NCBI GenBank assembly: GCA_903873255.1
Contig: CAIQNR010000039.1
Span: 1-57,925 of the forward strand
DNA length: 57,925 nt
DNA from: an uncultured bacterium
GTDB lineage: Bacteria > Babelota > Babeliae > Babelales > CAIQNR01
Reading direction: 5' to 3'
The stretch's first letter is position 1, and the number at the start of each line of letters is the position of its first letter. Positions 1 through 9,163 of the stretch are shown here, one piece after another. Made by a program: the position numbers and the translations under genes. The notes below the pieces were generated by a model. It saw only the letters and a list, made by a program, of their open reading frames with translations, was not told the origin of the DNA and searched no databases.

Positions 1-92
1 CATTATTTGACAGATATATTTCATATTGTAATATGCATATGTAGTATTATCGTGAAATAAAATTTATATAATCAGTCGATTAAAAGGGCGTT

Positions 93-1520
93 ATGAGAAA
101 AAAAATTAAAATTTTGCTACTTGCTGGTCTGATACAAGATGCTTTTGCAAGTGAAGTGCCCGTTCAAGATCCGCAGAGCGTGGTTAGATTAGAATCAAAA
201 GATAATCTTACAACAATTTCTAGATGTGTTGGCATTGGTGCAGCCGGATTCGGTTTTCTTGCATGCATACCTCAAATGTGTATCAATGGTAGTAATAATT
301 TGCCATTAGGGCGGGATTTATTGAGCTATCCTATAGTTACAGCTAGTATTCTTGGCGGTGGAGTTGGTCTTTATGCTGCTCGCAATGAAATTTATCATGC
401 CGGCATTACTATAAAAAGCAACGCAACATTGCTAATGGCTAAAGATAATTGGCATAATTGGGCTACAGGATTTGGATTGGGCTTTACGAGTGCAACATTT
501 GTTGGATCAATGTTTTTACCAAAATCAGCTGTAACACCAGTAGCGGCATGTGTTGGCGCTCTTTGCTTAGCAAAAGGTATGCATGGTGCAAGCACAATGG
601 CTGCAAAAGACCATACTATTGGTGATTTGCGGAGAGAAAATGGGGTATTACAAGGCGAATTAAAAGTTCTAAAGCCACAAGTAATAGAACAATCTACTAT
701 AATTGCAAACTTAAATTTTTTGAGAGGGCGACTGCAAGAGGGAGCCGATTTATTAGAGTCTGCAAAAAAAGAGCTTGAGGAAAATCTTGAAAAGGTTCAG
801 AGCGATTTTAAAAAAGAGCAATCTAAGGTTTTTCAAAATGCACAATTAATTAGTTCTTTAAAAGCAAAAATTGAAGAGAAAGAACAGCAGCTTAAAATCC
901 AACGTAAAGATATTGAGGATGGGAAACGACTATTACAAGTAAATACAGAAGCCTTGATAGGTTTAAAAGATGAACAATCTTACTTAGAAGAAAAAATAGC
1001 AGGAACTGGTAAGATTCAACTAGCAGGACTAAAGCATCAACTTGAAACAGCAATAGTAGCATCAAAGTCTCAGGAAGCTTTATTAGAAAAATCTGATACG
1101 GATAAAGCACAACACGCAAAAAGAAGCTTGATTTTGCATAGAAAAAAATCTGAACGAATTCTTTATTCATTGGATAACTACGGAGAACAGTTTTCTAATG
1201 AATTGCCTTCAACAGAATGTAAAATTGTCGGTCGTAAAAGAGCAAAATCAATATCATCAGATTTTAAATTTCCAATGATTAGTGAAAAAACTGATTCAAC
1301 TATTACTTCTCGTACAGATTCAAGTGATGACAGTTCTGCTGTAAGCGGAAGTGCAAGCCCTGTTATGAGTGAAAGTAATTATTTGAAAGTTCCTATGATG
1401 AATAGATCCCAAGAATATTCAGATAATGGAGTTTCAGCAGAAAGTGGTGTTGGATTGGCATCAGCACTTGGTGTTAGTCAGAAACCATCACATGTTTTTT
1501 ATTCATATTCAAAAAAATAG
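93..1520 (+). CDS. hypothetical membrane-anchored coiled-coil protein
   Basis: 475-aa ORF with a hydrophobic N-terminus and several Gly/Ala-rich TM-like segments (GIGAAGFGFLACIP, ILGGGVGLYAA). It has a long K/E/L/Q-rich coiled-coil-like middle and a Ser-rich C-terminus. A hairpin terminator follows. No family recognised. Confidence 0.55.
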   Translation: MRKKIKILLLAGLIQDAFASEVPVQDPQSVVRLESKDNLTTISRCVGIGAAGFGFLACIPQMCINGSNNLPLGRDLLSYPIVTASILGGGVGLYAARNEIYHAGITIKSNATLLMAKDNWHNWATGFGLGFTSATFVGSMFLPKSAVTPVAACVGALCLAKGMHGASTMAAKDHTIGDLRRENGVLQGELKVLKPQVIEQSTIIANLNFLRGRLQEGADLLESAKKELEENLEKVQSDFKKEQSKVFQNAQLISSLKAKIEEKEQQLKIQRKDIEDGKRLLQVNTEALIGLKDEQSYLEEKIAGTGKIQLAGLKHQLETAIVASKSQEALLEKSDTDKAQHAKRSLILHRKKSERILYSLDNYGEQFSNELPSTECKIVGRKRAKSISSDFKFPMISEKTDSTITSRTDSSDDSSAVSGSASPVMSESNYLKVPMMNRSQEYSDNGVSAESGVGLASALGVSQKPSHVFYSYSKK

Positions 1521-1530
1521 TTTTAAAATA

Positions 1531-1566
1531 AAATAGGTCTGATTTTTTCAGACCTATTTTATTTTC
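1531..1566. terminator. bidirectional rho-independent terminator between convergent genes
   Basis: Stem aaataggtctga / tcagacctattt around a T5 loop, flanked by an A-run upstream and a T-run downstream. It lies between the stop of ORF 93-1520 (+) and the stop of gatB (-). Confidence 0.6.
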
Positions 1567-1636
1567 TGTATTGTCTCTATACATTTTTCAATTCTTTAAA
1601 AAAGCCTTGAAAAATACTCGACATGAGTGAAAATCT

Positions 1637-3094
1637 TTAATTTAAATACTTTTTAAGTAATTCATTAATAACAGCAGGGTTACCCTTGCCCTTGGTTTTT
1701 TGCATTGCTTGTCCAACAAAGAACCCAAATAATCTATCTTTTCCAGACTTATAATCAGCAACAACTGATGGATTTGCTGCAATAATTTCTTTTACTATTA
1801 TTTCAAGTTCTGAAGAGTCGCCTATTTGTTCAAGGCCCTTTTCTTTTACGATGTCAGCAGGATTTTTACCTGTTTGTGTAATTTCTTCAAAAATCTCTTG
1901 TGCCGCACGAGTATTGATTGTTCCTGCACCAACTAAGTTAACAAGAGCCGCTAAGCGTTCTGGTGTAACTTTGCATGTTGTAAATGTTTCTTTTGATTCT
2001 TTTAGATACGCCATAAGATCGCGCAGTATCCAGTTGATAAGTTGTTTTTCTGAAGTATGTGTTGCTGCAGCTTCAAAATATGCACAGAGATCCATATCAT
2101 CAAGTAAAATACCAGCTTCATACGCTGTTATTCCGTATTGAGATTGTAAGCGTGTAAGTTTTTGATCAGGAAGTTCGGGAAGATCAGCTTTGATTTTTTC
2201 TATGCGTGATGTTTCGATATGCATTATTGGTAAATCAGGTTCTGGGAAATAACGGTAGTCTGCAGCTTCTTCTTTAGAACGCATAGCAACAGAGATCTTC
2301 TTTTTAGGATCCCATAAACGTGTTTGTTGAATAACGCGGTCGCCACTTTCTATAAGCTCAATTTGGCGTTGAATTTCATATTCAATTGCATCGCCAATGT
2401 ATTTGAATGAGTTAATGTTTTTAAGTTCACAGCGGGTGCCAAGTTCTTTTGATGTTTTTTTGCGTACAGAAATATTGGTGTCAGCGCGGAAAGAGCCTTC
2501 TTCCATATTTCCAGTGCAAATGCCTAAAAACTGAACTATAGCGCGTAATTTTTTAAGATAAGCTTTTACTTCTTGTGCAGATTCAATGTCAGGATGACTT
2601 ACAATTTCAAGTAATGGGGTTCCTGCACGATTAAAATCTACAAAACTTTCACCAGTTAGTTCTGAATGAGAGTTTTTACCAGCATCTTCTTCTATGTGAA
2701 TTCTAATAAGACGAATGTTTTTTTCGGTTCCATCTTCTAGTGTTATTGGAATATAACCATTTGCGCAGAAAGGATCTTTATCCTGAGTTGTTTGATATCC
2801 TTTAGGAAGATCTGGGTAGAAATAATGCTTACGTGCAAAAATGCTATAAGGAGCAATTTCTGAATTCGTTCCAAGTGCGGCTTTAATAGCAGAATTTAAG
2901 ACTTCTTCATTGAGCACGGGAAGGGTTCCTGGGTGGCCTGTGCAAATTTGGCAGATATGTGTATTAGGAGTTTCGGTTTGGGCATTTGAGCAGCCGCAAA
3001 AAATTTTAGTTTTAGTATTAAGTTGTACGTGAACTTCCATTCCTATATCAATGCGATAATCGGGATAAGAATCGAGGATTGAATTTTCTGCCAT
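1637..3094 (-). CDS. gatB: aspartyl/glutamyl-tRNA(Asn/Gln) amidotransferase subunit B
   Basis: 485 aa. The N-terminus DIGMEVHVQLNTKTKIFCGCSN...HICQICTGHPGTLPVLN and the C-terminal YqeY-like tail (GFFVGQAMQKTKGKGNP) are typical of GatB. Confidence 0.95.
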   Translation of the reverse strand: MAENSILDSYPDYRIDIGMEVHVQLNTKTKIFCGCSNAQTETPNTHICQICTGHPGTLPVLNEEVLNSAIKAALGTNSEIAPYSIFARKHYFYPDLPKGYQTTQDKDPFCANGYIPITLEDGTEKNIRLIRIHIEEDAGKNSHSELTGESFVDFNRAGTPLLEIVSHPDIESAQEVKAYLKKLRAIVQFLGICTGNMEEGSFRADTNISVRKKTSKELGTRCELKNINSFKYIGDAIEYEIQRQIELIESGDRVIQQTRLWDPKKKISVAMRSKEEAADYRYFPEPDLPIMHIETSRIEKIKADLPELPDQKLTRLQSQYGITAYEAGILLDDMDLCAYFEAAATHTSEKQLINWILRDLMAYLKESKETFTTCKVTPERLAALVNLVGAGTINTRAAQEIFEEITQTGKNPADIVKEKGLEQIGDSSELEIIVKEIIAANPSVVADYKSGKDRLFGFFVGQAMQKTKGKGNPAVINELLKKYLN

Positions 3095-3202
3095 GTGCGG
3101 CTCCTGATTAAATTTTAAGACTATTTATTTTGATTTTGTAGTGTATCACAAAAGGGAAAATATTTATACAGGGCTTGCTTGAGCTTGGTTTTAGTAAGAA
3201 GG

Positions 3203-3697
3203 TTATTTCTGTAATGCTTCATATTGGGCGATAATATGCTCAATTTTTGGCCGTAATGTTTTCCAGTAGTCTATGAGTATGCGAGCTAAATCGATTGCAG
3301 TATTTGCTTTTTTTACCATAGATTCATCATCAAAAGGATATTCATGTGCAATGTCATTCCGAATATCACGAAAGTTAAGCCATTTTTGTGTGCTTGGTAA
3401 AAACTCAAGTTTTTCCAAGAGATTTAACCCATCAATATAAGAGAGATTTTCCCGTTTTTCATTGGTAAAAAATAAAATAAAAGAAAATATTTTAGATCCT
3501 AAAAGATCTTGAAGTTTGCCAAAACGTGTTGTAATAATCTCTAAGCAGCCAATTTCTTGAATAGTAAGGTTATTATAGGCTTTTTCTGTGAGGGGTAGAT
3601 AGGGTGCAAGCACCGTAAGGGCTTCGCTAGCTCTTTTTGTATGGAGATCTGCGATGGTCATATATTGTTTTAATAATTCGATGTTACTCATATTCAT
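3203..3697 (-). CDS. HEPN-domain protein (HepT / HI0074-like putative toxin)
   Basis: 164 aa with the R-x4-H-x-Y HEPN motif (RNDIAHEY). It overlaps the upstream MNT gene by 4 nt (ATGA). Confidence 0.7.
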   Translation of the reverse strand: MNMSNIELLKQYMTIADLHTKRASEALTVLAPYLPLTEKAYNNLTIQEIGCLEIITTRFGKLQDLLGSKIFSFILFFTNEKRENLSYIDGLNLLEKLEFLPSTQKWLNFRDIRNDIAHEYPFDDESMVKKANTAIDLARILIDYWKTLRPKIEHIIAQYEALQK

Positions 3698-4011
3698 ACT
3701 AATAGTATCCCTTCTTTTTTTGCTACATCATAAATGGGCAGTTGAAGCCCATTATTTCTATTAATCACAATATCAATATTTTGCTCACCAATTATTATTT
3801 GTAGATTGCTAGAAAAATTTAGTTTTGCTTCGTAAACATCATCAATAGTCGGAAGTGTAGTTTCTACATAAAGATCAATGTCGCCACCTTTTGCTTGCAT
3901 ATTAGTACGAGAGCCAAAAATCCATAGATGATCTTCTTTGGGGAATGCTTTTTTAAACTCATTAATAATTGCAGTAATATAAAGTTCGGGGAGGCGAATT
4001 TGATTATTCAT
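3694..4011 (-). CDS. minimal nucleotidyltransferase (MntA-like putative antitoxin)
   Basis: 105 aa with the G-S-x9-D-x-D signature (IFGSRTNMQAKGGDIDLYVE) of the NTP_transf_2 / MNT family. It sits immediately upstream of, and overlaps, the HEPN ORF. Confidence 0.75.
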   Translation of the reverse strand: MNNQIRLPELYITAIINEFKKAFPKEDHLWIFGSRTNMQAKGGDIDLYVETTLPTIDDVYEAKLNFSSNLQIIIGEQNIDIVINRNNGLQLPIYDVAKKEGILLV

Positions 4012-4125
4012 TTTAAGAACCCTTGATTTTGAGTCGTCATAGATTTAAAAGAATACCATTTTAAAAGAACAAGACAATTGTAGATCGAAGAGATAGATGT
4101 GAGAGTAGTAAAAAAAATGGATATA

Positions 4126-4174
4126 AAAAATACGATTTCTATTGGTTTGTATATGCAATAGAAATCGTATTTTT
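4126..4174 (-). terminator. rho-independent terminator downstream of the RNase E/G gene
   Basis: Near-perfect 19-nt arms aaaaatacgatttctattg / caatagaaatcgtattttt with an 11-nt loop. On the minus strand a T-run follows, and the hairpin starts 7 nt after the stop at 4181. Confidence 0.6.
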
Positions 4175-4180
4175 AGTTGA

Positions 4181-5698
4181 TTACTCGGTTTCTATTTTAA
4201 AAGTTCCAACAGAAAGAGTTTTTTCTCTTTCAAGAACAATTTTTCCGCCAATATTTTTTTCTAAGGTAAGTAGAGTGTCGTACTCATTTTCTGAAATATA
4301 ATCGAATACTTCTGGGCTGAGCTTAATTACGATAGTACCTTGATTGCTTTTGTTAGAAAGTTCATCTTTAAGATGTCTTAAAAGAGCAAACGTTTCAGCT
4401 TGAACAGAAGGGGTTGCACCAGTTCCACAACATGCAGCACAGGTATCTGTGAGTTGTTTTGCAAGTGTAATGCCTGACCGTTTTCTGGTCATTTGAACAA
4501 GGCCAAATTCTGAAATTTTAAGCAAAACTGATTGAAATTTATCTTGTTCTTTAAGTGTTTTTTCAAAAAACTTGAATAATTTTTGTCGGTTAGAGCTATT
4601 TGACATATCAATAAAGTCGATAACAATAAGACCGCCAATATTTCTTACTTTAAGTTGACGAGTTACTTCTTGAGCAGCTTCCATATTGGTTTTAAAAATT
4701 GTTTCTTCTAAGTTTGTTTTACCTACAAATCTACCAGTGTTTACGTCAACCACTGTCATAGCTTCTGTTGCTTCTATAACAATAGATCCACCTGATTTAA
4801 GATGAGCTTTAGAATGAAGGCAATTTTTGATCTCTTTTTCGAGATCATATTTTTCAAATAATGGAGTTTTGCCAGTATATAATTTAACTTTTGCTGAATG
4901 TTCTGGCGCTATATGGCGAACAAAACGAGAAATTTTTCTTTGGGTTTCTTCGTTATCAATAATAACTTCTGAAATGTCGTCGTCTAAATGATCACGAACT
5001 ACTTGAAACGGTAGCGCTAAATCTTCATAAATCTTTTGACCAACTTCTGCTGTTGCAAATGCTTTTTGAATGTTGTTCCAAGTTTCTATTAAAAAAGCAA
5101 TGTCTTGTCGCATATGTTTTTCATCACAACCTTCTGTGGATGTTCTGATAATTGCGCCCATTCCTTCAGGAAGTTGGCTTGTAACAAGCTCTCTTAAGCG
5201 AGCACGTTCTTCGCGGCTTTCAATTTTTTTTGAAATTGCTATGCGAGCAATAGAAGGCATAAGCACAATAAAACGACCAGGCAATGCAAAACAAGTTGTT
5301 AATTTTGCGCCTTTTTCATTAATTGGCTCTTTGCTTACTTGTACTAAAATAGATTCATTTTCTTTAAAAATCTTAGAAATATCCATCGGTTGATAGTGTT
5401 TTTTTCTTGAAGATTCTTTTTCTGTTGCTTCAAAGTCGTCATCATCTGAATCTGACATTTTGTGACCAGCAAGTTCGCGGTCAATTTCTGAAATGTGTAA
5501 AAAACCAGCTTTTTCTTGGCCGATTTCTACAAATGCTGTTTGTATGCCAGGCAATACTTTGCTTACAAGGCCTTTATAGAAACAACGTTCGATATTGTTA
5601 TCGGTATGGGACCAGAAGTAAATGTTCTGCAGGCCATCTTTATCTATAATTGCGATGCGAGTTTGCCAGGCTTCTTCGTTGATGAGTATTTTTTTCAT
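4181..5698 (-). CDS. rng: ribonuclease E/G family protein
   Basis: 505 aa with an N-terminal S1-like region (YKGLVSKVLPGIQTAFVEIGQEKAGFLHISE), the catalytic-core string GGLIVIDFIDM and a CxxC-type pair (TCAACCGTG). The size fits RNase G rather than RNase E. Confidence 0.9.
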   Translation of the reverse strand: MKKILINEEAWQTRIAIIDKDGLQNIYFWSHTDNNIERCFYKGLVSKVLPGIQTAFVEIGQEKAGFLHISEIDRELAGHKMSDSDDDDFEATEKESSRKKHYQPMDISKIFKENESILVQVSKEPINEKGAKLTTCFALPGRFIVLMPSIARIAISKKIESREERARLRELVTSQLPEGMGAIIRTSTEGCDEKHMRQDIAFLIETWNNIQKAFATAEVGQKIYEDLALPFQVVRDHLDDDISEVIIDNEETQRKISRFVRHIAPEHSAKVKLYTGKTPLFEKYDLEKEIKNCLHSKAHLKSGGSIVIEATEAMTVVDVNTGRFVGKTNLEETIFKTNMEAAQEVTRQLKVRNIGGLIVIDFIDMSNSSNRQKLFKFFEKTLKEQDKFQSVLLKISEFGLVQMTRKRSGITLAKQLTDTCAACCGTGATPSVQAETFALLRHLKDELSNKSNQGTIVIKLSPEVFDYISENEYDTLLTLEKNIGGKIVLEREKTLSVGTFKIETE

Positions 5699-5938
5699 GT
5701 TTTTTTCTCAATGGGAGCTTGTTGGACTAAAAATTTTTTCTCCTATAATGCTAGTATACAAGATATATCAACCCAAAGATAGAAAATTACCCACTTATAA
5801 AGGTTTTTTACAGACGCTTGAGCTTAAGTGAGTTAGCTCTTCAAGCTTAAGTTCTGTGTAGTAAAAAGAAAAAAAATATGTTAATGTACAAGCTCATAAG
5901 CTTAAAATTATAAATATATAAATGTACAAGGAGTTTTG

Positions 5939-6493
5939 ATGAAAACGATGAAAAAATTGAAATTGGGCTTACTCTTATCATGTGTTGCAGTTTTACTTAC
6001 TGGTTGTTTTGGTAAAAAGAAAAAGTCAGATAGTCAAAAAGTTGATTACTCAGGCCAATCTTCTAAGAAGAAAAAAGGTACCAAAAGATGGGATCCTAAT
6101 TTAGAAGCATATGTGTTTGATGGCGATGACAATGACATGCTTGCTTCAAATTCAAAGAACAGTGAATTTCAAAAAGTTTACTTTGATTATGACAGAACAA
6201 ATTTAAGAGACGACCAACGTCCTGTTGCTGAATATGATGCAAAAATTGCACGCGCAAAGGTAGAAGAAGGTAACAATATTATTGTTATTGGTAAATCAGA
6301 CCGTAAATGTATCAGCGAAGTTTACAATACCGCAGTTTCTCAACAACGTGCAGATACAATGGCAAAAGAATTTACCGTTGCTGGAATTTCTCGCGATAAG
6401 ATTATGACTATTGGTAAAGGTGATTCTGAAGTGGAAGTTGATGTTCCAGGTGCAGAACCTTTAAACCGCTGTGCAGTAGTGCAAATCGGTTAA
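5939..6493 (+). CDS. pal: peptidoglycan-associated lipoprotein (OmpA_C domain)
   Basis: Lipobox LLTGC after a signal peptide, and an OmpA-like C-domain (VYFDYDRTNLRDDQ...RCAVVQIG). I prefer the ATG at 5939 with AAGGAG 6 nt upstream over the TTG at 5936 in the track. Confidence 0.8.
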   Translation: MKTMKKLKLGLLLSCVAVLLTGCFGKKKKSDSQKVDYSGQSSKKKKGTKRWDPNLEAYVFDGDDNDMLASNSKNSEFQKVYFDYDRTNLRDDQRPVAEYDAKIARAKVEEGNNIIVIGKSDRKCISEVYNTAVSQQRADTMAKEFTVAGISRDKIMTIGKGDSEVEVDVPGAEPLNRCAVVQIG

Positions 6494-6526
6494 GAATATT
6501 TTCTAAAAAGTTATGTACAAGATACT

Positions 6527-6552
6527 AAAAAAGGCCCAAACGGGCCTTTTTT
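6527..6552. terminator. bidirectional rho-independent terminator
   Basis: aaaaaaggccc-aaac-gggcctttttt lies between convergent pal (+) and the HIT-like gene (-). Confidence 0.65.
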
Positions 6553-6568
6553 AGTTGAATAACTTTGT

Positions 6569-7015
6569 TTAAAAGACTGTAAAATGAATATAAAGGTGAT
6601 GTACTACTTCACCTGCAAGCGATCCATTGTTTACATGAATTTTGAAATTATCGTACCCATATTGACGAGCTAAAAATGTTGGTATGTAAAATAATTCAGC
6701 TATAAGAAGTTTGTCATTGGAAGTGATGGCGGCAAGATTGGGAATATGTTTTTTAGGAATTATTAATAATCCTTGTTTTTCATTAGGCAGTAATTCTTGG
6801 TTATTTTGAATAACTATGAGCTCCTCATTTTGATAAAAAATCTCTGCAGGATCAGCTTTTTGAATAATTTTACAAAAGGGACATTTTTGATGTTGATTGC
6901 TGGTCTGGGTTTGATTAGCCAGCAGGGTTCTATAGGTTCCTTGTATGCGAGCTTGCAATACAAATGGCATAGTTGTTAGTGCTATGCCTGAGATGAGTAG
7001 AGATAGAATTTTCAT
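6569..7015 (-). CDS. HIT-superfamily-like protein with signal peptide and degenerate histidine triad
   Basis: 148 aa with a hydrophobic N-terminal leader, the HIT-like strings CPFCKII...PAEIFYQNEELIVIQ and LLIIPKKHIPNL, and a triad region reading VHHLYIHF where H-x-H-x-H is expected. Confidence 0.65.
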   Translation of the reverse strand: MKILSLLISGIALTTMPFVLQARIQGTYRTLLANQTQTSNQHQKCPFCKIIQKADPAEIFYQNEELIVIQNNQELLPNEKQGLLIIPKKHIPNLAAITSNDKLLIAELFYIPTFLARQYGYDNFKIHVNNGSLAGEVVHHLYIHFTVF

Positions 7016-7083
7016 AAAGATCTTCCTTTTTGTTAGAAAATATCAAAAAGCATAAGCATTATTATTGAAAACTACTATCCTTT

Positions 7084-7659
7084 TTAATATGAAAGATCAC
7101 TTAAGATTATAAGTTCGCGAACCATATCATCCTTTGATTTTTTTGATGTAGTAGTAAGGTTTTTGAATTGATCTTTAGAAGGTTCATTTTCTTGATTTGA
7201 TTGTAAATTAATTGATTTTTTTTCTTGCGTCTTTTCTTCAATAGCTTTGATTCGATTATGACAATATACAATTATTTCAGGCATTTTTTTAGAAAACTCT
7301 TCATGACTACTAACGGTATCAAAAAGACTTTTTCCATTAATATTTAATTCTTTTGTGAAGAAGAATAATTGTTCAAGAGATTCGAAGTCATTTATTTTAT
7401 CTTCCCAATTTAGTTTTTTAAAAACGAATTTATAAAACCAGTTATCAGGAGATTCAATAAATGCACTTATTCTTTTATTAAATAACTGGTGAGCATTTTT
7501 TGCATCAGCTTCAGCAAAAGATCTTTCTTCTGCCGACATATTTGGGTAGGGGTTTTTTGCAAGTAACTGGGTTAAAAGTGCTTTATGATCAGTTTTTTTT
7601 TCTTGAGTATGAGTGTTTAAACTGAGGGTAAGAAATAAAATTAAAAATCGTTTTAACAT
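7084..7659 (-). CDS. hypothetical secreted protein
   Basis: 191-aa ORF with a signal-like N-terminus (MLKRFLILFLTLSL). No family recognised. Confidence 0.5.
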   Translation of the reverse strand: MLKRFLILFLTLSLNTHTQEKKTDHKALLTQLLAKNPYPNMSAEERSFAEADAKNAHQLFNKRISAFIESPDNWFYKFVFKKLNWEDKINDFESLEQLFFFTKELNINGKSLFDTVSSHEEFSKKMPEIIVYCHNRIKAIEEKTQEKKSINLQSNQENEPSKDQFKNLTTTSKKSKDDMVRELIILSDLSY

Positions 7660-7767
7660 AATAATATAACCTCTTATTTATAAATAATATTCAATTAGAA
7701 TTGTATAGAGGGATTGATTTTTGGTCAAATCGTGTATGGTGTTTATAACACTTAAAGTTGAAAAATA

Positions 7768-9129
7768 TTATTTTCCAACGCAGAAATCTCTAAAAATAGC
7801 ATCCATGGCTTTATCACTAATTGATTTACCAGTAAGCTCAGAAAGGAGAGAAAGTGCCTTTTGAAGGTGTAAAGAAATAAGTTCATATTCTTTACTTGAA
7901 TGGATTAGGGTTTGCGCTTCTTTAAGCTCAAGGGCAAAAGATTGGAGAAGATTAAAGTGGCGTTTATTGAGCAAGAATGATGATGAGGTGTCACTAAAAA
8001 GAAGAGCTGTTTTTGTTTTGATAAGATCTTTAAGCCCCGAGATACCATTGCCAGTTTGGGCTGAAACAGAAAGTATTGGTGTAAAAAGATTATTTTGAAT
8101 AGTAGATTTTAAATCAGATTTATTTTGAATGATAAGGCATTTTTGAGGATATTTTTCTAAGATATCTTTATAAATAATTGCTTCTTGATTAGTTGTAATG
8201 CGAGATCCATCAAGTACTAAAAGTAAGATGTCGGCGGTTTGAGCTTCTTGGTAACTGCGCTCAATTCCTTGCTGTTCAATGCTATCATTAGTTTGTCGTA
8301 AGCCTGCTGTATCTATTATGGTCCAGTAGAATCCATCTTGAAAAAAGCTTGATTCTATAACGTCTCGTGTAGTTCCCGCGATGTTTGTAACAATTGCGCG
8401 TTGTTTACCAAGTAGGGCATTAAATAAAGACGATTTTCCAGCATTAACAGAGCCTATTAAGGCTATTCTAATACCTTCACGAATCTGTTTTTGTTGATCA
8501 AAAAGAATAGTAAGTCGAGCTACTTCATTTTGAACAGAATTTAAAATTTCAGACATTTGATCAGAAAAATCCATTTCTTCTTCTAAAAATTCAAAGCTTG
8601 CTTCGCATAGTGCAATAGCTTGGATCATAGGTTTTTCAAGCGCTTGAATGTGCTGAGAAAAGCTACCATGAATTTGTGAAAGTGAAAGTTTTAAACTTTC
8701 TTGAGATTGAGCATGTATAAGTTCTTTAATAGCTTCTGCTTGTAAAATATCAAGTTTGCCATTTTCGACTGCTTGACGGGAGAATTCACCTGGCTGAGCT
8801 AGCCGTGCACCGCATGTAATGAGCTGATTTATAATATTTTCAATAATGAATGGATTATTGTGGCATGAAATTTCGATAGTATCTTCACCAGTAAAAGTTT
8901 TTGGCCCATGCATAACAAAAAAAAGCACTTCATCAATTATGTTATTATGAAAATCGATTATCCATCCATGATTAATGGTATGGGTCGGAATATCGGAAAG
9001 CATTTTCTTTGATGAGAGTTTAGCTGCTTTTGAAGCAAAAAAAAGTGCTTTTGAGCCAGATAACCGAATCAGTGCAAGTGCGCCGGTTCCCGAAGGAGTG
9101 CATTGCGCAACAATTGTGTCAGTCATCAT
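7768..9129 (-). CDS. mnmE: tRNA modification GTPase MnmE
   Basis: 453 aa with the G-domain P-loop GSVNAGKSSLFNAL, DTAGLR, and the C-terminal CVGK motif. Confidence 0.95.
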   Translation of the reverse strand: MMTDTIVAQCTPSGTGALALIRLSGSKALFFASKAAKLSSKKMLSDIPTHTINHGWIIDFHNNIIDEVLFFVMHGPKTFTGEDTIEISCHNNPFIIENIINQLITCGARLAQPGEFSRQAVENGKLDILQAEAIKELIHAQSQESLKLSLSQIHGSFSQHIQALEKPMIQAIALCEASFEFLEEEMDFSDQMSEILNSVQNEVARLTILFDQQKQIREGIRIALIGSVNAGKSSLFNALLGKQRAIVTNIAGTTRDVIESSFFQDGFYWTIIDTAGLRQTNDSIEQQGIERSYQEAQTADILLLVLDGSRITTNQEAIIYKDILEKYPQKCLIIQNKSDLKSTIQNNLFTPILSVSAQTGNGISGLKDLIKTKTALLFSDTSSSFLLNKRHFNLLQSFALELKEAQTLIHSSKEYELISLHLQKALSLLSELTGKSISDKAMDAIFRDFCVGK

Positions 9130-9163
9130 ATCAAAAGCACTTTGTTATAGTTTTTCTAAATAA

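Noticed and set aside
5070-5831. Series of plus-strand ORFs (69-107 aa) opposite the RNase E/G gene
   Set aside because: All are antisense to a well-supported conserved CDS and lack RBS or recognisable motifs.
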